A stretch of 64,000 nt of DNA, from NCBI RefSeq assembly GCF_037042905.1, contig NC_087251.1:35962001-36026000 (forward strand), in the 5' to 3' direction. This stretch comes from Lytechinus pictus (lineage: Eukaryota). The position numbers and the translations under genes were made by a program. This document shows positions 24,588-37,667 of the stretch, piece after piece. Positions within the stretch are counted from its first letter, which is position 1. Each line of letters begins with the position of its first letter. The notes beneath the pieces are model-generated. The model was given only the letters and a program-made list of their open reading frames with translations. It was not told where the DNA came from and ran no database searches.

Positions 24588-27457
24588 CAGGGGCGGATCC
24601 AGCTTTCGCCCCGGGGGTAGGCCGTAAAAATACTTCCAAATTCATTTTCCCATACTGCCGCTAATGCAGCTACTTCTTTGTTAATTTCATTTTTTGAGGG
24701 GGTAGTCCTTACTAAAGACTGAAGTTCATCTTAACTTCATTCTTACAAACATAAGGCCTACATACATGTGGCAAGCGCGATGCGCGAGCTCAAATTGTTA
24801 GATATTTCATTATTCAAACATAAAAAGTGAATATTCTGAGTAGTTTGTTTTAAAATGAACAAAATGTCTATTTTTGCATGCGAACACGAAGTCCGAGATA
24901 AAATTGTTAATATACTGAACATGAGTGACTCATGATTAGGATATATATCTCACCGATCAAATAATTCGAGTGCGGAGCGCACGCTTTAAATTTTTGACTT
25001 TCCGACCTGATATCTTCGACATTCTAAGCACTTTTGTATCATGAACATGAAAGGGCATCTTATTATTGAATCGAGCATGAAGCGCAGCCAAAAATGTTTA
25101 ATGAAAACTGAATATTCTAAGCATTTTTTTTTGTACTCATGATCGAGGTGTAAAGTCTAATCACAAGTTGAAAAATTCGTAAATTTCGACTAGAAAACAG
25201 GATATTTCAAGTCCCGTCTTATCCACTTGAACATATTATTATCTCACTCAACAGGAAAGCGGGCGAAATTTACATTTTAACATAATGACCTGAAAATCTT
25301 TTATTTCATTTACTATTCTTCCTTCATTGTTTTTATTTCTTGTCTTTCCCGTTTTTGTTATGCTCCGTCAATAGGAGAGGGGGATGCTCTGTGGGTCGGC
25401 CCACGGATCTATATGCACATGCTTGGGTAGAGATGGACCATTTTTCCAGGACGAGGACTCTAAAAGGTGCCCCTATTAGGCGCATAATGGGTCTCTTCAC
25501 TTTACAAAGTAATTTTTTTTTACGTCGTGCCCCGCGCCAAAATTAAAAATCACCAATAGTGACGAATGTGTTTGAGTACAAATCAAACAGAAGCCAACAT
25601 TTCAACTTAGTAATATGCCATTTATTAATTGCCGTTTAAGGAACATTCAACTTAGAAATATGTCATTTATTAATTTCCGTTGATTGAAAGGGGGGTAATG
25701 GGCAAGGGTCTTATTTTGCTATCCCGTCATAAGATGAGATGCCAAATGCCCTTGAAGGCATTTAGCCATATCATGTTCCTTCAATATAATTCACCCAAAT
25801 TATGTCTTCTCTGTATATACATCCTCCTTCCGGATCGAAAAAGGAAAGTGAAAAAAAAGGAAAGTGAGAAAAAGGAAAAAAATAGAAGGAAATATTTCAT
25901 TAACATGAAATAGGAAATAAATTAGAAGTGAAGAAAGTTCGTACAATTAAAAAAAAAAGCATAGGCGGATTCAGGTGGGGCCCAAGCACCAAAAAAAAAG
26001 GTCTTCAATCACAAATGAAGGATTTCGTACCAGAAAAAAAATTGACAAGCAAAAAAAAAAAAAAAAAAAAAAGCTTCAAGCTCGTCAGGGGGGGGGCAAT
26101 AAAGGTCTTCAAGCTCGTCAGGGGGGCAAAAAAGGCCTTTCAAGCTCGTCAGGGGGGGCAGAGATACGTCCTTTGCATGGGTTGTGGCTCGTCAGGGAGG
26201 GCAGACTGCCCCCTCTGCCCCCCCCCCGTAGGTACGCTAGTGGGTGTACAACACAATCGTTGACGACGACGACAACGACGACGCCGACACCGGAAATAGT
26301 GATACCTATGTCTCGCTCCGCTACGCAGGCGAGACAAAAATGAATGAAATAAGATTTTTAAAAATGGAAAAGACTTTCAGGTCAGTATAAAGAAAAAAAA
26401 TCTCGCGCTTCGCGCGAACATGTCTGTTGAGGGGGATATTCTTCTCAAGAACATGGGGCTTAAATATCCCATTTTGAAATCAATATGCAATTATGCAAAA
26501 ATTCTTCTGCTCAGAATTCGAGTTCTTATTATGATATAATGAAAACTCGAATTCTGAGGAGATTTTTTTTTTAGCAATACATGTACATACATTCTGTTCA
26601 TGGTTACAAAACTGTGCTTATGTGAAAAAGAATATCAGCTGGCGCTGCTCGCTTGCATTACTAGGATAGGTTCAGGCCTATCTTCTTAATGGATTTCATC
26701 AAACAGTCCTTGGAAAATCCCCTTTTTAGGTCAGTATTGCAATATCGAATAAGTTGTTTGGTTAGATACGCATCTTCTTCATGATTACAAACAATGCTTG
26801 ATAGAATGACCAGATTTTGGTCAAAATATCAACAACAAAATTCAGCTCGCGATTCGCTCTCGCATCATGTTTAGTTACATGCCCAATTTGTTCATGAATA
26901 CTAAAAGTGCTTTGAATGTCCAAATTTCAAGTCAGAATATCACAAATTTCCAGTTCCCGCTCCAAACGCTCTTTAGATAGACACCCATCTTGTTCATGCA
27001 TGGTTACAAAAAGTGCTTGGAATGTGCAGTTTTGGGTCGGAATATCAAAATTATTCAGCTCGCGTTTCGCGCTAGCATTATATGTTTAGTTAGATACCCA
27101 CCCTGTTCGTGATCCAAAAGTGCTTAGAATGTCTATAATTTTGGTCGGAATATTCGCACTCGCATCAATATTATTTTTTGATGAGATAGCCTACCCATCC
27201 TGCTCATGCTTACAAAGATTGCTCATGCAGAATGCCAATTTTTCAGGTTTAAATGCATAAAATACCCTTAATTTTTTAGCTTGCGCTTCCCGCTCATATT
27301 AGTTTATTAGGCCTTATGAAAAAGATTATGAAATAAGGACCATCCTCTATTTTTTTTAAATCAGCTTTTAGCGGCCGATCGGGATAAATATGTATGAAAA
27401 TATTTTTCCGACCCCACCCCCCCCCCTCCCGGTTGGCGAAAGCTGAATCCGCCCCTG
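24588..27457. mobile_element. Repeat cluster bounded by inverted CAGGGGCGGAT(C/T)CAGCTTTCGCC ends (two opposed copies or one composite element) with internal tandem CAGCTCGCGC-type units
   Basis: 23-bp inverted match at 24588-24610 and 27435-27457. ~90-100 bp degenerate tandem units at 26630-27300. AAGGTCTTCAAGCTCGTCAGGGGG tandem units at ~25990-26200. Confidence 0.65.
26255..26340 (-). mobile_element. 5' fragment of the Helentron-type (HINE) family seen at 51663
   Basis: Reverse complement TTTTTGTCTCGCCTGCGTAGCGGAGCGAGAC...GGCGTCGTCG matches the 5' end of the 51663 element. Confidence 0.7.
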
Positions 27458-28101
27458 AAGAAGTGTTACTTCACAAAGGAATTTCACATTCCCCTCCAAT
27501 CCCACCCCAACTGTACGCCAGAGGTAATATTTTCACTCTCAAATATATATATTTTCTTGATAACCCGAATTTACGTCGGGCCATATTAGTGGCATATGGA
27601 TTGTGAAAATACAATCTCTTTGATTTTGATTTTATTTTATTTCTGCACTCAAGATAAATATGCAACATAACATCTAGGTGATACATTTAAGTTTTACAAA
27701 ACAATAAAGCAATAGTCATAATAAAGCAATGAAAAATAAATATCAACAAGAAGCAATATTCAATTAAAAGAAAATAACAGTTTAAATAAATGCAGGAGAC
27801 CGCCATCGTGGGCGGTTGAGCTTGAAAATGATGGCTGCCTCGTAAAATGGTACATAAATTTCACAGAGTAACTTCTGAAAATGACAAAGATTCAAATTGT
27901 ACTTGACCGAAATAAACAAGTTCGGAATTTGAACTTATATATTTTAGGGTCACTATATTTGGTCATCCTACTGTATTATGTCCAGGGAAATAAATGGCTT
28001 AAATAGTATATAAATAAAAATATTTGAATTTATATATTAGGCCCATATTCATAATATTTCGAGGGAGCTTAAAGTGAGCGAGTGAGATTTTTTTTATTTA
28101 A

Positions 28102-28683
28102 AGGAGAATGAAACCCTTGAAACCAGCTGAATCCATATCAAAGAGAAAAATCAAAGAAAAATAGTGTTGAAAGTTTGAGGAAGATTGAATGAATAATAAG
28201 AAAGTTATGAGCATTTGAATATTGAGATCACTAATGCCATGTAGATCCTCCTATTGGCAATGCGACCAAGATCTCTGATGTCACACACGTACAACTCCCT
28301 CATTACCCTAGTACTTATTTCACTTATATTCTCACTTTTATAGAGTCTATCACAAGGTGAGGTGTTCTCTTTATGAGAGGACAAGTACAGAGGTTTCACA
28401 ACATTATATCATTGATGAATCGTTTGTCATATGATTAGAATGAGCAAAAAGATATGTTTTGGGGTAAATTTTCAATGTCCAAAAGGGAGAGTTGTTCATC
28501 TGTGACATCATAGATCTTGGTCGCATTGCCAATGGGAGGATCTCCATAGCATTAGTGATCTCTATATATTTAAATGCTCATAACTCTTCTATTGCTAGTC
28601 CTATTTTACTCAAACTTTTGTTGATCTTATTCTTTGATTTGTCTGCTTTCACAAAAGCTAACTTGCTCCAAGAGTTTCATTCT
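28102..28683. mobile_element. Kolobok-like MITE with internal inverted repeat; right end clipped
   Basis: TTAA|AGGAGAATGAAACCCTTG ... CAAGAGTTTCATTCT. 28205-28300 and 28490-28585 are inverted copies of each other. Confidence 0.75.
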
Positions 28684-29749
28684 AGTAATAGTTTTCAATT
28701 TAATCAATTGACGGCATGAATTGGATTTTCCATTACTCAATATACTTATTTTTTCTTTGTGGTCGATTTTTTTTTTTTGAGGGGCCGGGTCTTGAGCCCC
28801 TTAAGCCTCCTCCGTAGTACCGCCACTGAACAGTTTAAGACTAGTACGAATTTTTATGGATCAAAAGGTTAGTTTATTTACCAATAACCGAGTGCTTGTA
28901 GCATTAAACTTTGCAGTTTGTTTTGATTTTCCATGAATATTAACGTGCGAGTGAGCGAAGAGAGAAAGCACATGTGAAAGTTGGGAGATAATTATGTTGT
29001 CCAGTAACGTCTATTATTAAAGAGATATGAATGAACGAGTGATAAGGCCTTCATATAATATAATTTAGTAGGCCTACATGATCTAACTAATCATTGTGAG
29101 CTAAACGTTGTGAGCAAGCCTCCTTAAAAATCAGCTTGCAAGCCAAGTTTTTTTTTTAAATAGACCCAATGGGCACATATTGAAGATGAATATAAGGGAT
29201 CAGTAGTAAGATCAGATATAAAACAAGGGAATTGATGATGAAACATTTAATATTAATTTTGTCTAATATTGGTAAATTGTGAGGTGAAAATCAAAGAGCG
29301 CCGTTTTATAAAAATGAAAATGGGATTATATCACCCGGAATATATGATTTGCCTCCATAGATAAATCATAGGTTATCATATTCAAGTGGAAAGATCACAT
29401 AAAACATCACGTTGGTTCAGAGGGGCTATAAGTAGTTTCACAGGAGATGTAAAATGATAGAAACTTATTATGAGAAATGAAAGAAAAGCAAAATCCACTT
29501 AGTGCAATGTTCCAAACGAAAGAGAAATACAGAAAGTATTTTGATAATCTTGTCTAAAATCCTGAACAAGATGTCATTCACTTTAAGTATTTTAACAAGA
29601 TCTCTGAAGCGAGGATCATTTAAAAAATACTACAATGATACATTTTTGATATAATTAATGTATGTTGATATTTGTTCAAGAGTATTTTTTATCAGTTTTT
29701 TTTTATGTAAACAAGATGTTTTGTTTACTAAAAATAATCTTGAAAGGAC

Positions 29750-29954
29750 TTTCTTAGGGGGCGTGGTCAATCATGACTGCTATTTCGCTTTTCGTATCCG
29801 AAGTATCATGATATCAGCGAATCTTTACACGGAAGATGGCTGCCCCCTTCACTAATCACTTTGCCAATAATCCACGGATGTGTTGAACGTTGTCTGTTCG
29901 GTATAATTTTCACTGGATCCAGGGAGAGCCGAGAGTGATCCTATTTATTCTAAG
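29750..29954 (+). promoter_or_regulatory. PPP1R21: PPP1R21 promoter / 5'UTR
   Basis: GGGGCGTGG (Sp/KLF) at ~29758 and CGGAAGATGGC (ETS + YY1-like) at 29830-29840. CpG-rich region immediately upstream of the ATG exon. Confidence 0.6.
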
Positions 29955-30005
29955 ATGTCAGATCTACAAGCAAAGTATCAGAAACTGGCCCAAGAGTTTG
30001 CAAAA
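29955..30005 (+). CDS. PPP1R21: PPP1R21 exon 1 (MSDLQAKYQKLAQEFAK)
   Basis: AAGATG start and GTAAGA donor. Matches the vertebrate N-terminus LQGKYQKLAQEYSK of the KLRAQ domain. Confidence 0.95.
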
Positions 30006-30329
30006 GTAAGAAGATCGGTACTGTACAGTCGTGTGTGTAGTGTGTGTGGCTGATCAGAGTTCAGACATGGCCCATGCCCTGGGCGGTCAGCTCGCCGCTG
30101 GAGCGGCACCGGTACGGTACGGTAGTGGTTACCGTACGGATACGGCACCAGGCCAGGGCTAGCTCAAGTTGTGGGTGAAACCGGGGGTTGGGGAGTGGTG
30201 GATTGTCAGGAGGTATTTGGAGAGTAAAATACTCTTCCAGATGCCCTAATTAATCTTACATCACAAAAGTAATGAAAAACAACTGTTAAAAATGGTAATT
30301 CTGCTTGCAATTGCATTGATTATCAATAT

Positions 30330-33300
30330 TAGGGAGACCGCGCGGACGTCAATTGCATTCCGCCTTTTGTTACACGCCGCACGGACCTTCAACGAGCAGC
30401 TCACAAAAATACGACATGTCTCTCATTATTTTGCCATCACAAAACAAAATAGTCAATATATATCAAAATAAGCCAACAACATCATCATCAAGTATATTCT
30501 CAAGCTAATCAATGTCGAAATAAAAGAGATCGTGGTGTTTTATCATGCTTTTGAAGCAACGGAAATGACCCCTCACTCACCGGTTTGAACAACGGTTCGT
30601 CAGCGCGAACGCTAACACACGCAAATTCGCATAGGTCGCATTTCCCCTCGAAATGGTCAGAGATTTTGGAGCAAAATTCCACTTTAAAGCATTTTCGACA
30701 CTTGATCCTCACATCGTATGATCATGATCTATATACCAAAAGAAAGGAAATAATTTGCTCTGTATACTCATATCGGTTTACAATTCACTCGCTTTCGCCA
30801 AAAAAAGATATAATGAGAAGTAACATTCCTTCTGCGATAGCGAGAGTACGATTAAAGTCTCTGTACGTAAACCGAGTCCAGTTTGCATTTTCGACGATGC
30901 TGAATCCGATTATGACATCATTTTTTCGCATATCCCTGAGGATCATGTGTCGGATTGCAATTCAAAATACCCTTACCATGCGAGTTTTTGAACAGCGAAA
31001 AAAGGGCGTGGTAAACCCGATGACGCCAGATTAAATACGCGCTTTCTTAATGACGTCAAGCGGTCCCGCGCCTATGGTCACGTGCCCAACCGGCGCGAGA
31101 ATTCAAAGTTCATCGCGGGTGTCGCTGTGCGCAATGCTATGGAGTTTCAATGCAATTTTGTCTACATGTACTTTGTGAATGATCGTGAGTGTATCGCTTA
31201 CACACATGCACGTGGATGATTTGCATTTGCACATGTAAACTTAGTGACTCATCACTGGTGTAATCATTCAACCGTGCATGTATTTTGATCTGTCCATTTA
31301 TCATCCCATGTTTTACATCAATCTTTGAATTATCTTTGGTCGATATATCAAAGTCTCGCGGCAGCAATCATATTCAACCAAAACAACAATGTAAGTGGAA
31401 GAAGACGGTCCAAATAATATTTCATCAAGATGCATCAAGGCCGGTGTGCTACCGGGACCTCGACATTTTTAAATATTTTTTTTTAATGAATTTTCGAGCC
31501 GGCCAGACTTTGATATATTGACCAAAGATGATGCACCCAGAGAGAGAGAGAGAGAGGGGGGGTTGCTGAGAAGAGAAGAGAGGGAGCAGAAAAAGAGATA
31601 AGTTAGATGTAAGGGGAGAGGTCGGAGTAGCAGTGTGATGAGAATTTATGTAAATTGGGTAGAGACCTCGGGGTAGAGACAAGTTCACGTTGTGTAATTG
31701 AACAAAAGAGATCAAGCAAAAAAAAAATTGAACGTTGACCATGCTAAATTATATAGTCCTGGATGATGTCAAAAGTCAGAAGGCAGGTGCAATCTACCCC
31801 CCCCCCCCTCTACCAACCTGTACCTTCATCGGCACAAGAATTTAATTGATAGAATAATAATTTTGCTGTCCGTCTTCGTATATATCCCTCGAACTTCGAA
31901 GGATGATAAAAAAAGCCGTCTCTAAGTCCAAATATTTTGCCCATTTCCCGGACTCATTTCTTCATACTTACAGTAGAAAGGCTCTTATAATCCTATATAA
32001 AATGATTCCACTTATTCCATATGGAGAGTGTCCTTTTTTCAACCATGGTGTTGGAGGTACTTGTATACCTCTCCATGATTCAACTCTGATCGTGATTCAG
32101 CTGTGCATGGACCTTTCGTTGGAATATCCGTTACCATGGTGACCGGCGGCCAAGATAACATGCAGGTGGTCATTGTTTACAAATATCTGGAGACTGAGAA
32201 TGGAGGTTAAATGCCGCGTCATTCCCAGGGGTCCATGTTCTGAACATGGAAACGATTGTGGTTGAGCCCCGTTCCCACGGTAGTTGCCATGACAGAGTAA
32301 CTATAATCATATACATGTAGTAAGTTCTTTGGATCCCAGTTTTCAAAGCCTTCACAAATCATAGGAAATTTATCAATTACAACTCGCTATCTACGACAAA
32401 TATAATAATGACTGTGTTGGAATCAGTTACAACCAAAATGCTAAATAAAAAAGAGGGGTTAATTATATTTGAAGAGGTGAATCCAGGAATTACCAGAACG
32501 GGGGGGGGGGGGGGGGTACGCTGTTTGGACGAAAAGAAGTTGGCTGCCACTGTGAAGTTGACAACTCGATAATTTTCTGACAATCAAGCAAAAAGAAATC
32601 AAAATGGAGTGGATGGAAACTTGTCGCCCCCCCCCCCCACCAGCACTGATTAAAAGCATTTAAAAACAATTTTCAAGAAGAATCAACGGGATCACGAATA
32701 AGAAAGAGAATCACACATTAAAAAAAATCAATTACATGCAGAATTAAATTCATAGAACAATAATTTTGCTGGCCGTCTTCGTATATATCCCTCGAACTTC
32801 GAAGGATGATTAAAAAAAAAAGCCGTCTCCAAGTCCAAATATTTTGCCCATTTCCCGGACTCATTTCAGTCATTATTTTTCTTCATCTTAATGCTTACAG
32901 TAGAAATGCTCTTATATATAATCCTATATGAACTGATTCCACTTATTCCAGATCGAGAGTGTCTTTTTTTTCAACTATGGAGGTCCCTCTCCATGTTTCA
33001 ACTCTGATCGTGATTCAACTGTGCATGGACCTCTCGGTCCATGAACTGAACATACGTTGGAATGTCCGTTACCATGGTGACCAGCGGCCAAGATAAGATC
33101 ATTGTTTACAAATATCTGGAGACTGAGAATGGAGGTCAAATGCTGGGTCATTCCCAGGGGTCCATGTTCTGAACATGGAAACGATTGTGGTCGAGCCCCG
33201 TTCCCACGGTAGTTGCCATGACAGAGTAACTATAATCATATTAGTTCTTTGGATCCCAGTTATCAAAGCCTTCACAAATCATAGGAAATTTATCAATTAC

Positions 33301-34463
33301 AACTCGCTATCTACGACAAATATAATAATGACTGTGTTGGAATCGGTAACAACCAAAGTGCAAAATCAAGAAGGGGGTTAATTATTTGAAGGGGTGAATC
33401 CAATTATCAGAACGGGGGGGGGGGGGGTGGGGTTACGCTTTTTGGACAAAAAGAATTTGGCCGCCACTGTCAAGTTGACAACTGGATAAATTTCTGACAA
33501 TCAAGCAAAAAGAAATCAAAATGGAGTGGGTGGGAACTTGCCCCCCCCCTCCCACCAGCGCCTGATTAAAAGCATTTAAAACAATTTTCAAGAAGAATCA
33601 ATAAAATTGATAAAAAAGAGAATCACACAATTAAAAAATCAATCCCATGCTGAAAACTACATGCTGATTCTTCTCATTCTTTGCCTCGCCCCCCCCCCCC
33701 CGCCCCATCTCGTCTCAAATTTTGGGGAATACCTTTTTCATGAGGTGATGATTAAACTTTCTCTGTCTTAGCAGATACACAACTCGATAATGTACTGCCA
33801 CATCACATGCAAATCACAGACAAATGCCAGACTCTCTCAGACCATGTCAGACATAAATATAAGGAAATTTCCACGCCGTGTCGTGAGCCACGTGGGAAGG
33901 TACATTGAATGGACACACTTTTGATGCACACAAATAATCCCAGACACATTTCATCATAAGCTTTTGTCTCTCTCATAACCTCTCAAGCATTGGTTCTGGA
34001 CGTTACGATCGCGTCTCTTTCCCCCTCTCTCTCCCTCTCTCTTTCTATGCATTGCATTCGCTCGTGACATGGCTTGACCTAAACGCACCCGTACGGGTGC
34101 GTAACTCGAACTTTTGAAGACAGTCGGGGTCAAAGTAATACATATTCATGACCGTGTAGCGTAAAAATCATGGCGCGCTGACATCATTAGCAACATTCGC
34201 GGAGACTCCTCCTTACGAGGGAGGCCTTCATTTCCTGAATTGGACGTGAACGCGTATCGTGGATGATCATATTTTGGGAGGTTTTTGAGCTATTATTGGC
34301 GGAAAAATGTCAATTTTTCTTCGCTTGTAACTTTGCAGTAAAATGGAATAACTTCAAGAAATTCGGCAGTTGGTATGAGTGAAATTTTCCCTATAAAATG
34401 ATTACAGTCATAGCACGTAAGTCCAACCCTATCCAAAGATAAAAATTAGGTCCGGTCTCCCTA
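30330..34463. mobile_element. 4.1 kb non-autonomous DNA transposon with 11-bp TIR and 7-bp TSD (hAT-like TAGGG termini)
   Basis: TCAATAT|TAGGGAGACCG ... CGGTCTCCCTA|TCAATAT. Internal ~900 bp tandem duplication (31838-32740 / 32741-33650). No transposase ORF. Confidence 0.8.
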
Positions 34464-34791
34464 TCAATATCATGCATGTTTTGAAATTGAGTTTGACAAA
34501 TGTGACAAAATTAATGGGGGGGGGGGGGGGTACTTAGTATAAATTGTCTGTGCCATGGTCCAGACCCCCATTATCATTATCAATCTAAATTTCTGTTCCA
34601 GAGCATCATCCAGATCCATTTAGAAGTAGAAATTCCTATTCTGTCCCTTTCCAAAGACACTCAAAGTCTCAATTTCGTTTTTTTTTTAATTCAAGTGCAG
34701 TGCCCGCCCACTTAAACTTTTTCAAGTTATACTCTGCACAGCACAGTGACAAAATTGCCATTGACTGCATTTGATGGGAGTGATTCTGAGA

Positions 34792-35150
34792 CCTGGATCT
34801 GGATCTGGATGTATACGATGCAGGGCCCTCCTGGGCATAAACGCATCGGGTGAGAGAGGGCGGAGTAAGGATTAGAAGGTTCTGTCAATGGCCTTCTTGA
34901 ATGAACTTGTCGATGTTGAGTTGATGACAGCGTCACTCAGGTGATTCCACTCAATGATAGTGGATGGGAAGAACGAGTTCCTGTATTGTTCAGTTCGTGC
35001 TCTGATTGGATTATAGCACTTGTTATTATTTGTCACTTGCCTATCTATGATATTTGTAGTGTCACAGTTTTCAAATTGTTTGGCACGGATACGTCTTTTG
35101 GATTTTATAGGTTGAGCAAAATTTTGGATTGGGAGAGCTGGCACCTTTGA
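34792..35150 (-). mobile_element. 5'-truncated non-LTR retrotransposon 3' end (CR1/L2-group-like ORF2 C-terminus)
   Basis: TEQYRNSFFPSTIIEWNHLSDAVINSTSTSSFKKAI motif, then a short 3'UTR and an (ATCCAG)n tail. Confidence 0.85.
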
Positions 35151-36736
35151 TTGGTTCATTGCACTGAAACATGACCAGTTTCATGCATACTCCAGACAGC
35201 TGGCAGCCTTCTGTTTCGAGGAGTTTTTTAATTTTTTTGAATTTCTCCTGGTACACAGACGGCTTACGATCGTGCAGCCGCCATTAGGGGGTTGAAAATG
35301 CAAAATCCCCCTGAACGGGGTTCATCGATTTTTGTCTTTATTTCATAGAAATATATAAAAAGAACTGGACCAAAAGAAAGATTATTCCGTTATGGCCTGA
35401 AATGCACCAAAACAGGGAAAAAAAACTTAAAAGGAAAAAAACAGTGACTTACTTCAGCTGACGCGCAACTCCCACTTCCCTGGTTTATCCTAACTTCATG
35501 ATAAAACATATGGCCATGAGTCCCTGTACAGATCGAGTTAGAACTTCGGTCTCTGTATTTGGTGAGTGGAGCCAACGGAGTTCAGCGGAACAACCAATAT
35601 AACATAGACCAAAGCTTTTGGTCTCTGCATACTCATGCAACACTCCGAAACACAGAATTTGTACTGTTCTAGAGCATTGCCTTTTTAGCAATCGTTGACC
35701 TAGAGCAGCCCCGGAGACCCCCATTTTAAGACCACAGTTTAGTTCCAGAGCCCCTATTTTCGTAACTCATGATTATTGAATTCTGACATTTCTTTGCAAA
35801 ATCCAGATGTTATACCAAAAGCTTAGGAACAAGAAAAATTTGATGACGGTTACCTGGTCATCTTGGTTTTTGTCATGGAAAGTAGTTGTGCAAATGGAAA
35901 CACTGCATGGTTTCATTATCTGGCTGACGATAGGGCCAACAATTGCACAGTTAAAAAGCGAAGATAGCAGCATAATCATTGACCAATTTTTCTTTCCATC
36001 TCAGAATTAGAAAAAAATTGGTAAATCATTTTGTGCAGACTAGACAAAAAAGGGGAAGATGATTTCATCTGTACAAGTTTCATTTTGTCATCTGCAGGCA
36101 GGAAACAGTTTTCCAGGCCTTGTTTACAGGCATTTATTTTTTCAATGTGCATTTGATACCAATGAGTTTCAAGTGTGTTGGAGAGTAAATCAAATGATTT
36201 TTACTCTCCATATGCGTCAGGGGAGAGGGTGGTAGGAAGGAGGAGCTCAAGCTACAAAAGAGCTTGTAATTAGGGCATTATGCAGTATGTATCTCTAAAT
36301 TGGGAACCATTATTCACTTTGTCCACAAATGTGCATTTAAAAAATCAACATATGGTTCCAGAGTTTTTGTCCTGATTTAATATCCAACATTGGGTTTCGG
36401 GAACAGCTCTATTTCAGCTGTGATCTCAATGTCCATGTCCAAACTCTCAATTGGACCTCCTTCTTATCTGTAGTTTTGATAAAGACTGAAGTTAGCAAAA
36501 AGAATTTGTGGCTAAACATAAATTGTGCAAACAGCTGCAAACTTGCATTAATTTATATCTAATTAGCATATCATATATTCAAATAACATTGGCATTAAAT
36601 TGCGAGCAGGGCATAAATTTCAATGCAACATATTCTATTACAACAATAAAAACAGCCAAATTGAAAACAAATAATTTGTGTAGTATTTTTTTATATCCAG
36701 ATCTTGCAGTATATGGTCATTCTTGTTTAATTCTAG

Positions 36737-36805
36737 GTGCGTGCTCAAAACCAGGTGCTGAAGAAAGCGGTCATCGAGGAGCAAGCCAAGCAGAATGATG
36801 CAAAG
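36737..36805 (+). CDS. PPP1R21: PPP1R21 exon 2 (VRAQNQVLKKAVIEEQAKQNDAK)
   Basis: AG/GT boundaries; completes the KLRAQ motif (K|VRAQNQVLKK). Confidence 0.95.
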
Positions 36806-37351
36806 GTCAGTTCACAAATACATGTATTTTAAATCAGAAGTAAATAGTAACCCTTTCATTAAGCCATAAGAAGTTTTATATCTAACGGAACAAAGGTACT
36901 TGATTTTCTAAACTAATTCCCAATAAAGTCCCAAAACAGCTACCCTGAATCAAATTCTCTTGATTTTAGAATTAAGATTACCTAGGTAGGATTTTGATTG
37001 AGAGATGGATAGTTTCTTTGTAGGTATTTGTTTACTTTGTCTAGAATGTATATTAGAGCAATTTTTCTATCAGCTAAGAATTAGGAATAATATCCTTGCA
37101 ATATTGTAAGAATGAAATTTAACATGAATTAATAGCTTTTTTTTCTTTCAATCCAAGGATACATTGATAGGGAGCACACATGTTTAGATACTGCAGATAT
37201 CTCAAGCTTTTGTTGTTCAGTCCAACACTATATTCATTTAATTCAGTTGTGTCTGGTTATGAATGGTAATATTACTTCTTTGGCATTTTTTATTTTTAAT
37301 TCTTTTAAAATGGCAGTAAACAAGAAAATTTTGTTTTACTATCCCATTTAG

Positions 37352-37498
37352 GAGCAACTCAAAATCCGTGATCAGAAAATCCGGAAGTTCGAGCAGGAGC
37401 TGGACAGCTTGACCTTCCGTAACCAGCAGCTGACCAAGAGGGTCAATGTCCTGCAAGATGAACTGGACATACATGAATCAAAGGGCAAAAAGAGCAAG
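37352..37498 (+). CDS. PPP1R21: PPP1R21 exon 3 (EQLKIRDQKIRKFEQELDSLTFRNQQLTKRVNVLQDEL...KKSK)
   Basis: AG/GT boundaries; conserved DSLTFRNxQLxKRVxxLQDEL. Confidence 0.95.
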
Positions 37499-37667
37499 GT
37501 AAATTAACAAAAACATTATTAAAAAGATATTCTAATCCTAAGTTATTTTACTGAGAGGTGTTTCATAAAGCAATTGTCAGTGATTTTTAATGGCTAATTT
37601 GTTTTGAGCAAATCAGATGCAAGGATTTCAGTAGCTTATAAAAGTAGTTAGTGGACATACATGAGTC

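Noticed and set aside
25928..26343. 111-122 aa basic ORFs
   Set aside because: They lie in poly-A/poly-G tandem units of repeats; no domain or splice support.
30585..31034. 149 aa ORF in the 4.1 kb element as a transposase
   Set aside because: Non-ATG start and no DDE, zinc-finger or other recognisable motif.
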